NCBI GenBank assembly: GCA_964499705.1
Contig: CAZCME010000002.1
Span: 186,001-250,000, forward strand
Direction: 5' to 3'
Length of the DNA stretch: 64,000 nt
Source: an uncultured bacterium
GTDB taxonomy: Bacteria > UBA8481
This document shows, piece after piece, positions 34,261 through 44,246 of this stretch. Below the pieces are notes generated by a model. That model did no database searches. It saw nothing but the letters and a program-made list of their open reading frames with translations, and was not told the origin of the DNA. Within the stretch, counting starts at the first letter, position 1. Each line of letters opens with the position of its first letter. Made by a program: the position numbers and the translations under genes.

Positions 34261-35249
34261 ATGTCATCGAGGTGGCGCGCGCGAAGGCTCGCGACGTGCG
34301 CCTGGTCTTTCCCGAGGGGGAAGACAAGCGCGTCATCGAGGCGGCGGTCAGGGTCGCGGGGGAGGCGTATTCCCGGAGCGTGACCATCGTCGGATCTCAG
34401 GAGGCGGCGCGCCGCGTCGCTCCCGATCTCGATTATTCCCGCGTCGCGTTTCTTCCGACGTCCCATGCATCGCAGGATCCGGTGCTTTGGGCGTGCCTCA
34501 GGACGAAGAAGAAATACAAGTCCGCATCGGACGCGGAGATCATCGAAGCTCTGGCGGATCCGCTGGCGGTGGGCGCCGCCATGGTCGCGGCAGGTACCGC
34601 AGACGGCGTGGTGTCCGGAGCGGCATCGACAACGGGGGACGTTCTTCGCGCGGCCTTGAGGATCATCGGCATGTCGGAAGGAAATACGACGATCTCTTCC
34701 GTCTTCTTCATGACGCTGCCGGATCCGCGATGGGGCGAGGAGGGCACGCTTGCCTTCGCCGATTGCGCGGTGGTGCCGAATCCTTCTCCGCGCCAGCTCG
34801 CCAATATCGCCATCGCCTCGTCCGAGACGTTCCAGCGCATCCTGGGCCGGAAGCCCCGCGTCGCGATGCTGTCATTCTCGACGCGAGGTTCCGCGTCGCA
34901 TGACGATGTGGAGAAAGTCGCCAGGGCAACCGCGCTCGTCAAAGCCGAGCGGCCGGACATCGAGCTCGACGGGGAGCTTCAGGCGGACGCCGCTTTGATA
35001 CCTAGCATCGGCGAGCGTAAATCTCCGGGATCAACCGTCGCGGGTCGCGCGAATGTTCTTATTTTCCCCGATCTCGACGCGGGAAACATCGGTTATAAGC
35101 TGGTCGAGCGGCTTGCGGGAGCATCGGCGCTGGGGCCGGTGATCCAGGGATTGGCGAAGCCGATGAGCGACTTGTCGCGCGGCTGCAGCGCAGATGATGT
35201 TGTTGGGGTGGCGGCATTGACGGCGGCTATGGCGACGCCCATCCAATGA
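34257..35249 (+). CDS. pta: Phosphate acetyltransferase
   Basis: [48 protein letters not shown]. Confidence 0.95.
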   Translation: MNVIEVARAKARDVRLVFPEGEDKRVIEAAVRVAGEAYSRSVTIVGSQEAARRVAPDLDYSRVAFLPTSHASQDPVLWACLRTKKKYKSASDAEIIEALADPLAVGAAMVAAGTADGVVSGAASTTGDVLRAALRIIGMSEGNTTISSVFFMTLPDPRWGEEGTLAFADCAVVPNPSPRQLANIAIASSETFQRILGRKPRVAMLSFSTRGSASHDDVEKVARATALVKAERPDIELDGELQADAALIPSIGERKSPGSTVAGRANVLIFPDLDAGNIGYKLVERLAGASALGPVIQGLAKPMSDLSRGCSADDVVGVAALTAAMATPIQ

Positions 35250-35262
35250 GCGGTAAAACGGC

Positions 35263-35607
35263 TCAGGGAAAGTAGGGGCCCCCGGGGCATTTGCACGCGG
35301 CGCCCTTGTTGCCGCATCGGTTGCAATAGTCGAGGAGATCCGCTTCGCGCATACCGGCGGCCTGGGCTTCATCGCGTGCTTTTTGAATCCGGGCTTTGCG
35401 CGTGGCACCGGGTATTGCGGTCAAGAGCTCACGCAGCTTCTTCTCATCGGGCAGGTGCGTCAGGCAGAAGCGCTGTCCGATATAGCGACGTCGTTTTTGA
35501 GTCACGACGGTGACCGCTCGCCCGGAATTCTTCCTTGAGAGGGCTTCGCCGCATTTACTGCAGACCCCCGCCGTCACCACAAGTGTTTTGAACTGCTGTA
35601 TTTTCAA
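35263..35607 (-). CDS. Small Cys-rich hypothetical protein (possible Zn-binding)
   Basis: TTG start with SD AAGGAG; CSKC, FC, CNRC, CKC; consensus promoter upstream. Confidence 0.6.
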   Translation of the reverse strand: MKIQQFKTLVVTAGVCSKCGEALSRKNSGRAVTVVTQKRRRYIGQRFCLTHLPDEKKLRELLTAIPGATRKARIQKARDEAQAAGMREADLLDYCNRCGNKGAACKCPGGPYFP

Positions 35608-35656
35608 TGCTCCTTGCCTTTGCCTCCCTTAGTTTTACCCCAAGAAATGGCTCGGC

Positions 35657-35684
35657 ATTATAAAGGGAAGTCACAATATGTCAA
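35657..35684 (-). promoter_or_regulatory. Consensus sigma70 promoter
   Basis: TTGACA(35684-79)-16-TATAAT(35662-57). Confidence 0.75.
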
Positions 35685-35693
35685 GGTATAATG

Positions 35694-35751
35694 CGGGGAC
35701 AGGATACTATTTTCCGTGAATAAATTCACGGAAAATAGTATCCTGTCCCCG
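35694..35751. repeat. Perfect 28-bp inverted repeat (REP-like palindrome)
   Basis: CGGGGACAGGATACTATTTTCCGTGAAT-AA-ATTCACGGAAAATAGTATCCTGTCCCCG. Confidence 0.92.
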
Positions 35752-35802
35752 TATTTCTCCAGGCCGTTGACTTTCCGGGGCGGAAATGACTACGCTCCCC
35801 GT

Positions 35803-37461
35803 ATGCCGTTCGATTTGAAATTTCGAGCAGCGCCTGCATTTCTCCTCTCGATCTGCATCTTCTCCTGCGCGCCCTCCGATATCGTGACACGCCGGATCGA
35901 CGAAGCGGAGACAAGAATTGCGGAAGCGCGCGCCGTAGAGGCGGCCCGGTTTGCTCCGCTGCATCTCTCCGACGCCGAATCCGCGCTCCGGTTGGCCAGG
36001 ACCTATCATGCTTCAAATAATGCTCAGGCTGCCGATCAAGCGGGAGTCGCCCTGGAGTCAGCCCATAAGGCCTATGAGATCGCTCGCCTGGGCTTCGATC
36101 TGGAACGCACGAGGAAGGAACTCTCCGAGACCCGAGCCAAGGCGAAAGCGGACGCGGAGCGACTGCGTGCCGAGATCTCCGCGCTTGAGGAAGAGAAGAA
36201 GCGTATTCGGGCGGAAGGCGATCGTTACATCGCGGAGCGCGATCGGCTGAGGAACGAAGTCGAAGCGCAGACTCGCGCTCTGGCCACGGCGGCCGCGGCG
36301 AATCGGGCACTCGATTCGGAAGTCGCGTCTCTTGCGACGCAGATCGGGTCCCTGGAAGCCGACCGGACAAAACTTTCTTCGGATCGTGAGCGGCTGACAG
36401 CCGATCTGGCGGACAGGACTGAGGAGATGGCGCGGTTGGCGGCGCGTGGCGATTCCCTCGCTGCGTCCCTCGATGCTCTGGCGCGCGAACGCGCGGCCCT
36501 GGAACTGAAGATCGCGGAGAAGAACAAGGCGCTCGAATCGGCCCGCGCTGATGCCGGATCGCTCCGCTTTGAAATCGCGGCTCGCGAATCCGATATGCAG
36601 GAGGCGAAGGCCGACCTGGATCGGCTGGCGAAGGAACGCGACCAGGCCGCGGCGGAGAAGGATGCGCTGCGCGAGGCGCAGGAGTCCGCCCTCGTGGAGC
36701 TTGCCCGACTGACGGAATCGAACGAAGCGGATCGAACCCGGATGGCCAGGGATCGCGAGTCGGCACTTCTCGAGATGAAGCGGATGACGGCGGATCGGGA
36801 ATCCGCCGCCGCGGAACAGGAACGATTGAGGAAAGCTCAGGAGACATCCGATGCGGAACTGGATGCGCTTCGAAAAGCGAACGCGGCCGAGCTGGAAAGG
36901 TTGCGCGTCCGCGCCGAGGAGCTAGATAGCGGCCGAGCCCAGTATGAATTGGACTTGCTGGCAGCGAATGAAGCGCTGGCTTTAAGGGATTCCGAATTGA
37001 ACGAGATCCGGATCGCCAACGAGAAAATGATGGCCGATCTGAGGGGGCTTTCGTCCGAACAGGTGAAACTCCGAGAGGAGGCCGGCCGTATCATTCTCAC
37101 CTTCGTGGACAAGATCCTCTTCGAATCGGGGAAATCAGACATTCTGCCTGAAGGCGCTGTGGTTCTGCGTCAAGTTGCGAAGGTGCTTTCCGATCACCCC
37201 GATCGCATGATCCAGATCGCGGGACACACGGACACCGTCCCGATCACAAAAAGCGAGAGATTTCCGTCCAACTGGGAATTGTCCGTAGACCGCGCCTCCA
37301 AGGTTTTGCGTTTCCTCCTCGAAGCCGAGCCGAAGCTGGCGCCATCGCGTTTCGTCGCCGCCGGTTTCGGGGAGTTCCATCCTGTCGCGTCGAACCAGAC
37401 GCCGGACGGCCGGCGGGAGAACAGGCGCGTGGAGATCGTCATCCTGCGGGGGAAATTATAG
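35803..37461 (+). CDS. Lipoprotein with a DUF4398-like domain, long coiled coil and C-terminal OmpA/MotB peptidoglycan-binding domain
   Basis: Lipobox IFSC after ATG 35803; ILFESGKS, GHTDTVP, NWELSVDRA, NRRVEI. Confidence 0.85.
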   Translation: MPFDLKFRAAPAFLLSICIFSCAPSDIVTRRIDEAETRIAEARAVEAARFAPLHLSDAESALRLARTYHASNNAQAADQAGVALESAHKAYEIARLGFDLERTRKELSETRAKAKADAERLRAEISALEEEKKRIRAEGDRYIAERDRLRNEVEAQTRALATAAAANRALDSEVASLATQIGSLEADRTKLSSDRERLTADLADRTEEMARLAARGDSLAASLDALARERAALELKIAEKNKALESARADAGSLRFEIAARESDMQEAKADLDRLAKERDQAAAEKDALREAQESALVELARLTESNEADRTRMARDRESALLEMKRMTADRESAAAEQERLRKAQETSDAELDALRKANAAELERLRVRAEELDSGRAQYELDLLAANEALALRDSELNEIRIANEKMMADLRGLSSEQVKLREEAGRIILTFVDKILFESGKSDILPEGAVVLRQVAKVLSDHPDRMIQIAGHTDTVPITKSERFPSNWELSVDRASKVLRFLLEAEPKLAPSRFVAAGFGEFHPVASNQTPDGRRENRRVEIVILRGKL

Positions 37462-37467
37462 AACGAA

Positions 37468-38559
37468 TCAGGCGATGTTGATCTTGATCTTGGAATATTC
37501 CCAGAGCAGCTTGGGGTAATAGACGGGATTGAAGAGAATGTTCATCGTCATGAAGCATTCGTGTGTGCAGTGGCATTTCGTGTCCCAGATCCAGTCGCGG
37601 ATTTCTCCGGCCTTGTCGCTGGCCCAGAGATCCGGCATGGAGAATCCGTAGTCGCGCAGATTGCCGATCGGTTTTTCCAGGATCTCGCAGGGATACACGT
37701 CTCCGTTGGAGTAGGTCACTCCGATCAGTCTTCCTGCATAACAATTCGACTGGAAGCCCTCCTCCACGGTCCTGGGTATGAGTTTTCGCATGATGACGCT
37801 CTTCGCGTTCAGGAATCCGGCTCCGATGAATCCCTTGAAGCAGTCCAGCTCACCCGTCTTCATGCCCGAGGCGATGCGATCGCTGAACAGCCTGTAGTTG
37901 TTCAGGTCGACCGTTTTCATGGCCGGGTCGAGCGGATTCCCCCTGACAAGCGTGCACGAGAGTGTCCTGTATTTGCGCTCCCGCACGAGAAAATCATAGA
38001 TCTTGTCGAGGTGGCCTTCGTTCGCGTGGCTCACCGTGAGGCCGATATCCAGGTCGATGTTGGCTCGGCCGAGGTCCCGCACACGTTCGTACGTGCGAAG
38101 CGCCTTGTTGAAGCCGTCCGAGAGCTTGCGATAGCTGTTGTGAGCGTCGTGAAGATCATCGATGGATGTGAGCATCACGAAATTCCGGTCCGGGTAGGTG
38201 CGGGATAGATAATCGAGGCATTCCACGGTCCGTTCCTCGAAGAAGCCGTTCGTGAAGAGCTGGATCACCTGAACGCCCGTATTCTTCAGATAACATTCGC
38301 AGATTTCCTTCATGTCCTTGCGGAGGAAAATCTCGCCCCCTGTCAGGCTGACATTGTAGAGGTCCTTCCCGATCGACCTGGTCATCAGGTCGATTTCCTC
38401 CAGCGTCATCTGGTTCTTGTCGAAGCGCGGATCGTTTTCCGCGAAGATGAAGCAATGCGGGCATTTCGCATTGCAACGGCTCGTCACGAAGTGGATGAGG
38501 TATACGGGGACGCGAGCGACCTTCCTGGACTGGAACACGTGGGGAAGAAGTTTGAGCAT
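37468..38559 (-). CDS. Radical SAM protein with a SPASM/twitch domain
   Basis: CNAKCPHC, LTGGEIF, CYAG...GDVYPCE...CHCTHEC. Confidence 0.92.
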   Translation of the reverse strand: MLKLLPHVFQSRKVARVPVYLIHFVTSRCNAKCPHCFIFAENDPRFDKNQMTLEEIDLMTRSIGKDLYNVSLTGGEIFLRKDMKEICECYLKNTGVQVIQLFTNGFFEERTVECLDYLSRTYPDRNFVMLTSIDDLHDAHNSYRKLSDGFNKALRTYERVRDLGRANIDLDIGLTVSHANEGHLDKIYDFLVRERKYRTLSCTLVRGNPLDPAMKTVDLNNYRLFSDRIASGMKTGELDCFKGFIGAGFLNAKSVIMRKLIPRTVEEGFQSNCYAGRLIGVTYSNGDVYPCEILEKPIGNLRDYGFSMPDLWASDKAGEIRDWIWDTKCHCTHECFMTMNILFNPVYYPKLLWEYSKIKINIA

Positions 38560-38611
38560 GCGACTTGTGTGATAAAGATTATAGCATGGCGGAGGGGGAG
38601 TGCGAAGCGCG

Positions 38612-39652
38612 TTAAGCTGACCGGTATCCCGCTCGCCTCCAGTAAATCGTCCCGATCAGCGCCTTGCAGAAGCCCGTGACGGCTCCCTTCATCCATGCGA
38701 TCGAGACCATCATGAGGAACGGGTAGGCCGCCGCTGCCAGCCGGAGGCGCATGGCGGGCGTGGCGCCATTCTGGTGGAGATAGCGCACGGTGCCGAAATT
38801 CGTGATGAGAAACGGCAGGCAACCGAAGAGAGCACGAGGAAGGCGGAACGCGGCGGCGGCGCAGAACAGAAAGAGGGCGGATGTGACGATCTGCATCGTT
38901 CCTCCGCCGCGGGAATAGTAAGTCCTGCCCTTCATCATGAAGGGAAATCGGGCATAGGTGACGAGAATGGATTCCACGTATTTGGCCTGCTGAGCGAAAA
39001 AAGCGGGGAGCGTGGCGCGATAGGCATGGAAGACGCCGTTGGACGGGAGCCATGCGACGAATTTCGAGGTGGCGCGCGACAGGAAGCGGGCGAGTTCCTC
39101 ATCTTCGTTCGTGAAGCAGCAGAGTTTTGCTCCCGGCAACCGGTAGGCGGGAAAGCCCCCTACGGCTTCGAAATCGGCTTTCCTGACGGAGAGGTTCGCG
39201 GTGATGCAGGATTCGATCCGCGCGGGGACATGACGTTGATTGAACCGAAGCCAGAAATCGATCAAAACCGTGAGAAAGAGCTTCTCCGTGGTGCCCGCAT
39301 AGGGACCCGTCGCGGCGACGTGGCTTCCGTCCCGAAGCGCCTCGTCGAAGCGGCCGAGCCAGTCGGGCGGCACGGAACAATCGGCATCCGTGAATGCGAG
39401 ATACTCGCCCTCCGCCACGCGGACGCCTTCATTTCTGGCCAGGCCCGGGCCGAGATTTTCGACGAGGCGTACAACGCGGGCTCCATGAGCCCGGGCAATT
39501 TCCGATGTGTCATCTGTGGACGCGTCATCCACGACGATGACCTCGACGGCTCCGGGGTCAAGTCGCCGCAGGGAATCGAGGCACATGGCCATCGTGCGCG
39601 ATGCGTTGCGGGCGGGAATAACGATGCTGAACTTCGGAAACGCGGAATTCAT
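38612..39652 (-). CDS. GT2 glycosyltransferase
   Basis: SIVIPARN, VVDDASTD, FTDADC; C-terminal TMs. Confidence 0.92.
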   Translation of the reverse strand: MNSAFPKFSIVIPARNASRTMAMCLDSLRRLDPGAVEVIVVDDASTDDTSEIARAHGARVVRLVENLGPGLARNEGVRVAEGEYLAFTDADCSVPPDWLGRFDEALRDGSHVAATGPYAGTTEKLFLTVLIDFWLRFNQRHVPARIESCITANLSVRKADFEAVGGFPAYRLPGAKLCCFTNEDEELARFLSRATSKFVAWLPSNGVFHAYRATLPAFFAQQAKYVESILVTYARFPFMMKGRTYYSRGGGTMQIVTSALFLFCAAAAFRLPRALFGCLPFLITNFGTVRYLHQNGATPAMRLRLAAAAYPFLMMVSIAWMKGAVTGFCKALIGTIYWRRAGYRSA

Positions 39653-41169
39653 GGGACGGGCCGGTACAGGCGGATGCGGACACCATTGACATTTTCATCC
39701 CTGTGAACCTCAGCCCCATCCAGATGCTTCGTCAAGGGCCGGATGCGGGTGTAATCGTAGAACGAGTTGCGACCGGTCATCAGGAGAACCCATGACTTGC
39801 TTCTCTTCAACCTTTCCACGATATCACGGCCCGCATCCTCCGTGACGAAGAGGGGATCGAGATAGATCCAGGGAAGTGGTGGGGTGCGACCTGTCAGATA
39901 GTAGTACATCGGATCGGGCGCCGCCACGAAGACCGGTTCGGTTGCGGGCACCGCGCGTAGGATATCGAGCGCCTTGTTGATGATCCCCGCTTCCCATTCC
40001 CTCGTTCGAATGCCGGACGCAATCGGCGCGTCGATCACTCCGGTATATTCGTCGAAGATCATGACCTGCCGGCCCAGGTGGAGCGTGAAGAAGCACGCAG
40101 CGGCCATGACGGCGGCGATTTTTCCGATCCTGGAACCTGAGAATTCCTTCAGGAGAAATGCTCCGGCGATGATCGGTACCGGCTTGACAAAAATGATGTG
40201 CCAGGTTGTCGGCGAATGAACGGCGCCGAGAGCCACGATGGGAGTCATCGTGGCGAGGATGACGAGCGGCCAGGCGGCCTCGCGTCCGCGCGTGCGCGCG
40301 GCGGCGACCATCGGCACGAGCAGCGCGGCGACGATAAACGGGAGGATGAATGAGAAGGAATGCGCCAGCGCATCGAGTCCTCTGGGCGTCGGATGCGACA
40401 AAAACGCCGCCAGCTGGCTCGCCTGGTCGAAAGGATACCAGGTTGCCATATGTTCCGCCTGGTCCACGCCTCCGAGAAATGCCTGCCGCAGCATCGTTCC
40501 AAGAAATCCTTCATACGCTGCCGCCATTCCGAAGAGGAAGAAGACGATTCCGGCGCCGGCGCAGAGAGAAGCCGACAACCGGATACGCGATCGCCACGAA
40601 TCGCCGGCAAAGAAGAGCGCGATGCAGGCGCCGACGAGCGCCAAACCGCCCAGATTCTGCTTGGCCAGAAATGCCAGAGCTCCCACGGCGCCCGATAAGA
40701 ATGCTCCACGAAGATCCCTGACGCCCGACATGCGGAGGAGGATGCATGCGGTCACGATGCATAGAAACATGCTGTAGTTGTTATAGGAAACGTAGCAATG
40801 GTAAGGAAAGGTTGCGACCACGACCGCGGCGCCGGCCGCCGCGGAGCCGCGCGGACCCAGCGAGGATCGGGTGGCGGCCGCGACGCACGCCGCGGCCAGC
40901 GCCGCCAGCAGCACGATGGCGGCCCGGTTGGCCATCAAGCCCCTTCCCACGAGGCGCATCCATGTCGAATGGACGAAGAAGGCGAGCGGCGTGTACGGCG
41001 ACTCGATTTCGGCATAAGGAGTCTGGCCGAGATAAAACTCCTGCGCGTGCATCATCATGACACCTTCGTCGGTCATCGGAAGTCGCTTCGCGACGAAGAA
41101 CGTCATGTAGGCGGCAACGACGATCGCGAGAATCGCGCCGGATAGAATCGTCCCGCGCGCCGTCGTCAT
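39649..41169 (-). CDS. GT-C (ArnT/PMT-like) integral membrane glycosyltransferase
   Basis: TM1 followed by DEG, YTPL, AFLAKQN; many TMs; YYLTGR. Confidence 0.75.
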   Translation of the reverse strand: MTTARGTILSGAILAIVVAAYMTFFVAKRLPMTDEGVMMMHAQEFYLGQTPYAEIESPYTPLAFFVHSTWMRLVGRGLMANRAAIVLLAALAAACVAAATRSSLGPRGSAAAGAAVVVATFPYHCYVSYNNYSMFLCIVTACILLRMSGVRDLRGAFLSGAVGALAFLAKQNLGGLALVGACIALFFAGDSWRSRIRLSASLCAGAGIVFFLFGMAAAYEGFLGTMLRQAFLGGVDQAEHMATWYPFDQASQLAAFLSHPTPRGLDALAHSFSFILPFIVAALLVPMVAAARTRGREAAWPLVILATMTPIVALGAVHSPTTWHIIFVKPVPIIAGAFLLKEFSGSRIGKIAAVMAAACFFTLHLGRQVMIFDEYTGVIDAPIASGIRTREWEAGIINKALDILRAVPATEPVFVAAPDPMYYYLTGRTPPLPWIYLDPLFVTEDAGRDIVERLKRSKSWVLLMTGRNSFYDYTRIRPLTKHLDGAEVHRDENVNGVRIRLYRPVP

Positions 41170-41933
41170 GTTTTGCGGCGGGCGTGAGGCTTCAGCAGAA
41201 CCGAATCCCGCCATTCTTCGAACAGGAGAACGACTCCGCGCAGGAACCGGATCTTCGTCACTCCCTTGGTGCGAAAGATATAGCGAGCCGCCGTTTCCCG
41301 GATGGAAATCCCGAGCCGCATGGAGCACACAACGAGCGGCAGCACGTAGAGAACCCGCGAAAAGGGAGGCATGCCCATGGATTCACCTTCCCCGATGAGG
41401 CGATCCAGCACGTCTCTTCGAATCGCCATGAATCCATTGGTGTGGTCGCATAGGCCGGTCCGAAGAAAATGCCGGTGCCAGAAATTGATCCCGCGAGTCA
41501 CCCTCACTCTGTACCACAACGTGATGAAATCACCGCGCCGGAGAAAACGGGAACCGAGACTCAGCGCTCCTTCCTCGGCTGAGGCGAACAGCCGGGGAAG
41601 GACGTCGGGATGGTGAGAAAAGTCGGCGTCCATGGTGGCGACGCATCGGCCGCGGGAAGCGCGGATGCCATGAAAATAAGCCGAACCGATGCCGCGCTCG
41701 CCGTGCCTTTCGATCAGCCTTGCTTCCGGGACAAGCGCGGATTTCCGGCGGACGACTTCGGCGGTCCCGTCAGGGCTCTCGTCGTCGACGACGATGATCT
41801 CGAAGGATTTCCCCGTGGGCCGGAGCACGCTCGCGATGGCTTCGATGAGAGCGCCGATATTTTCCGCTTCATTATAGGTGATTGTGACGACGGAATAATC
41901 GAGAGGGCGAGTGGCCGCGTCATCCCCGGACAT
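41166..41933 (-). CDS. Polyprenyl-phosphate glycosyltransferase (DPM1/ArnC-like GT2)
   Basis: TYNEAENI, VDDESPDGT, MDADFSH, GSRF. Confidence 0.9.
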   Translation of the reverse strand: MSGDDAATRPLDYSVVTITYNEAENIGALIEAIASVLRPTGKSFEIIVVDDESPDGTAEVVRRKSALVPEARLIERHGERGIGSAYFHGIRASRGRCVATMDADFSHHPDVLPRLFASAEEGALSLGSRFLRRGDFITLWYRVRVTRGINFWHRHFLRTGLCDHTNGFMAIRRDVLDRLIGEGESMGMPPFSRVLYVLPLVVCSMRLGISIRETAARYIFRTKGVTKIRFLRGVVLLFEEWRDSVLLKPHARRKT

Positions 41934-43062
41934 GATCGAGCGCTTTCAACAGGGTCCGGCCGATGCGGCGCGTTTCCACGATCGTCAGATGGGGCGAAGT
42001 CGGGAGATAGAGTCCATGGGATGCGATCCGACGCGCCATGGGGATATCGTGGCGGGATCGTCCGGCGGATCGCATCCAGTAGGGTTGATCGCATTGAGGA
42101 GGAAAGATCGGCCGGGTTTCGATGCCGCGACGATCCAATTCCGCGCGCACCGCAGCCGCGTTTCCGCGCCGCAGCACGACGGGAAAGCAGAAGGGCGCAG
42201 GTTCCATCTCCGGGGGGTGCACCGGCAGGAGGATATCAGGGTGGCTTGAAACGATTTCCCGCAGGATATGCTCCCTCTCGCGGCGCGAGGCGGCCAGACG
42301 CTCGGCTCGCTTCATCTGGGCCGTCCCGAGGGCGCAGAGAATATTGGGCATCTTCCAGTTCAGGCCGAACCTCACGTGATGGAAAGGTCCGTCCTGCCCG
42401 TGATTGCGGATGGATCGCGCCTTGTCCGCGGCGCCTTTGCTCTTGAAGATTACGATGCCTCCCTCGCCCGTCGTGATGAGCTTATTGGCGTAGAAGGAGA
42501 ACGACGCGCTTGCTCCGAATGTTCCGATGCTGCGGCCCCGCCATCTCGCGCCCATGGACTGGCAGCAATCCTCGATCAGCGCGACCTTTCTTTTCCTGGC
42601 GAGCCGCGTGAAGGCGTCCATGTCCGCCGAGGCTCCGAAAAGGTGAGCGACAACGATGGCTTTTGTCCCGGGCGTGATCAGCCGGGCGACGGAGGCGGGG
42701 GAGACCTGCCATGAGTCCGGATCGTGATCGGCGAAGCGAATGCGGCAGCCGGCTGCCAGGAGCGCATTCGCGGTCGCCTGGCAGGAGATTGCGCCCGTGA
42801 CGACTTCCGATCCTTCCAGGCCGAGCGCACGGAGGGAGACTTCGACGGCCGCCGTGCCGCTCGCAACAGACACCGCATGGCGGGACGGAGTGGAACGATG
42901 GGACGCGGGATTTCTCGTTATCCAGAGCTCAAAGCATTTTTCGAACTCGGTGACCGAGCGACCCCTCGAAATTTCACCCCGCCGCATGGCCCGTGTCACG
43001 GCGGCAAGTTCTTCCTCGCCGACCACGGGCTGCGCAATTGCCAATCGCATAGAGGAGCGCAT
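41920..43062 (-). CDS. DegT/DnrJ/EryC1/StrS aminotransferase
   Basis: SGTAA, IEDCCQ, FSFYANKLITTGEGG. The start may be ATG 43050. Confidence 0.92.
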   Translation of the reverse strand: MRSSMRLAIAQPVVGEEELAAVTRAMRRGEISRGRSVTEFEKCFELWITRNPASHRSTPSRHAVSVASGTAAVEVSLRALGLEGSEVVTGAISCQATANALLAAGCRIRFADHDPDSWQVSPASVARLITPGTKAIVVAHLFGASADMDAFTRLARKRKVALIEDCCQSMGARWRGRSIGTFGASASFSFYANKLITTGEGGIVIFKSKGAADKARSIRNHGQDGPFHHVRFGLNWKMPNILCALGTAQMKRAERLAASRREREHILREIVSSHPDILLPVHPPEMEPAPFCFPVVLRRGNAAAVRAELDRRGIETRPIFPPQCDQPYWMRSAGRSRHDIPMARRIASHGLYLPTSPHLTIVETRRIGRTLLKALDHVRG

Positions 43063-43076
43063 AATATACCAGCAAC

Positions 43077-44246
43077 GTGGCCTCGAAAAATCAAATCTAT
43101 GTCTACAGTCCGCTCATTACGGACGAAGACAAGGAGGCTATTGCGGCCACGGCCCGTACCGGCTGGGTCTCCTCCCTTTCACCCCAGGTCGCCGAATTCG
43201 AACGAAGCATCGCGTCGTTCATCGGTGTGAAGGAGGCCGTTTCCACGATGAACGGCACGACCGCCCTGCATCTTATTCTCGCGGGCCTGGGCATCGGGCG
43301 AGGTGACGAAGTGATCGTGCCGGCCCTGACGTTCATAGCGGCGGCCGCTTCGGCCGTATACACCGGAGCCCGGCCGGTGTTCGCGGATGTCTCCGCGACC
43401 GATTGGAATATTTCGCCGGCTGAAATCGAGCGCCTTGTCACGAAGCGCACGCGCGCCGTGATCGTCGTCCATTCGTACGGCAATCCCGCGAACGTTCCGG
43501 CCATCGGAAAAATTCTGCGAGAGCTGCCTCGAACGCGCCACGCGGGTGTTGAGATTGTGGAGGACGCAGCCGAGGCCTTCGGAGCGACGTGTGGCGAGAA
43601 AAAAGTGGGATCACTGGGACGCGCCGGAGCATTTTCCTTCTACGGAAACAAGATCATTACGACCGGGGAGGGCGGGATGGTGACGACGAATGACGTCACG
43701 CTCGCCAAACGCCTTCGATTCCTGCGGGATCATGCGATGGATCCGACCCGGCGATATTATCATCCTGAGATCGGCTGGAATTACCGGATCACGGCCCTGC
43801 AGGCGTCGCTCGGACTTTCCCAGCTTCGGCGCGCCGGATCGATCCTGTCCGCGAAGAAACGAATCGCGGAAGGATACGCGTTGCGGCTGGAACATCTACG
43901 GGAGCTGGAACTTCATCCGCGCGCCTTTCCCCATGGCGAAGGCGTCTTCTGGATGTATTCGATCCTCGCCGAGAATGGCCGCTTCAGGAACAGGCTCATA
44001 AATCACTTGGCATCCGCCGGCATCGACACGAGACCTTTCTTCGAGCCGCTGCCCGGATTGCCGCCTTTTCGCGACGGCCTCGATATGCGCGATTATCCGA
44101 TCGCCCGCGATCTTTCCGCCCGCGGCATCAATCTGCCGTCCGGCGCGGGACTCTCGGACAGCGACCTCGACAGAATCGCCCGATCCATCAGCCGATTCTT
44201 CAAGTCCGGGCGACGAAAACGCCCATCCACGCGAGCGAAGGCTTGA
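43077..44246 (+). CDS. DegT-family aminotransferase (perosamine synthase-like)
   Basis: NGTTALHL, EDAAEA, FSFYGNKIITTGEGG, GINLPS. Confidence 0.93.
   Translation: MASKNQIYVYSPLITDEDKEAIAATARTGWVSSLSPQVAEFERSIASFIGVKEAVSTMNGTTALHLILAGLGIGRGDEVIVPALTFIAAAASAVYTGARPVFADVSATDWNISPAEIERLVTKRTRAVIVVHSYGNPANVPAIGKILRELPRTRHAGVEIVEDAAEAFGATCGEKKVGSLGRAGAFSFYGNKIITTGEGGMVTTNDVTLAKRLRFLRDHAMDPTRRYYHPEIGWNYRITALQASLGLSQLRRAGSILSAKKRIAEGYALRLEHLRELELHPRAFPHGEGVFWMYSILAENGRFRNRLINHLASAGIDTRPFFEPLPGLPPFRDGLDMRDYPIARDLSARGINLPSGAGLSDSDLDRIARSISRFFKSGRRKRPSTRAKA

Noticed and set aside
44200-44246. 47-nt convergent overlap of the aminotransferase and methyltransferase
   Set aside because: Low-complexity basic tail; such overlaps are common in compact GC-rich genomes
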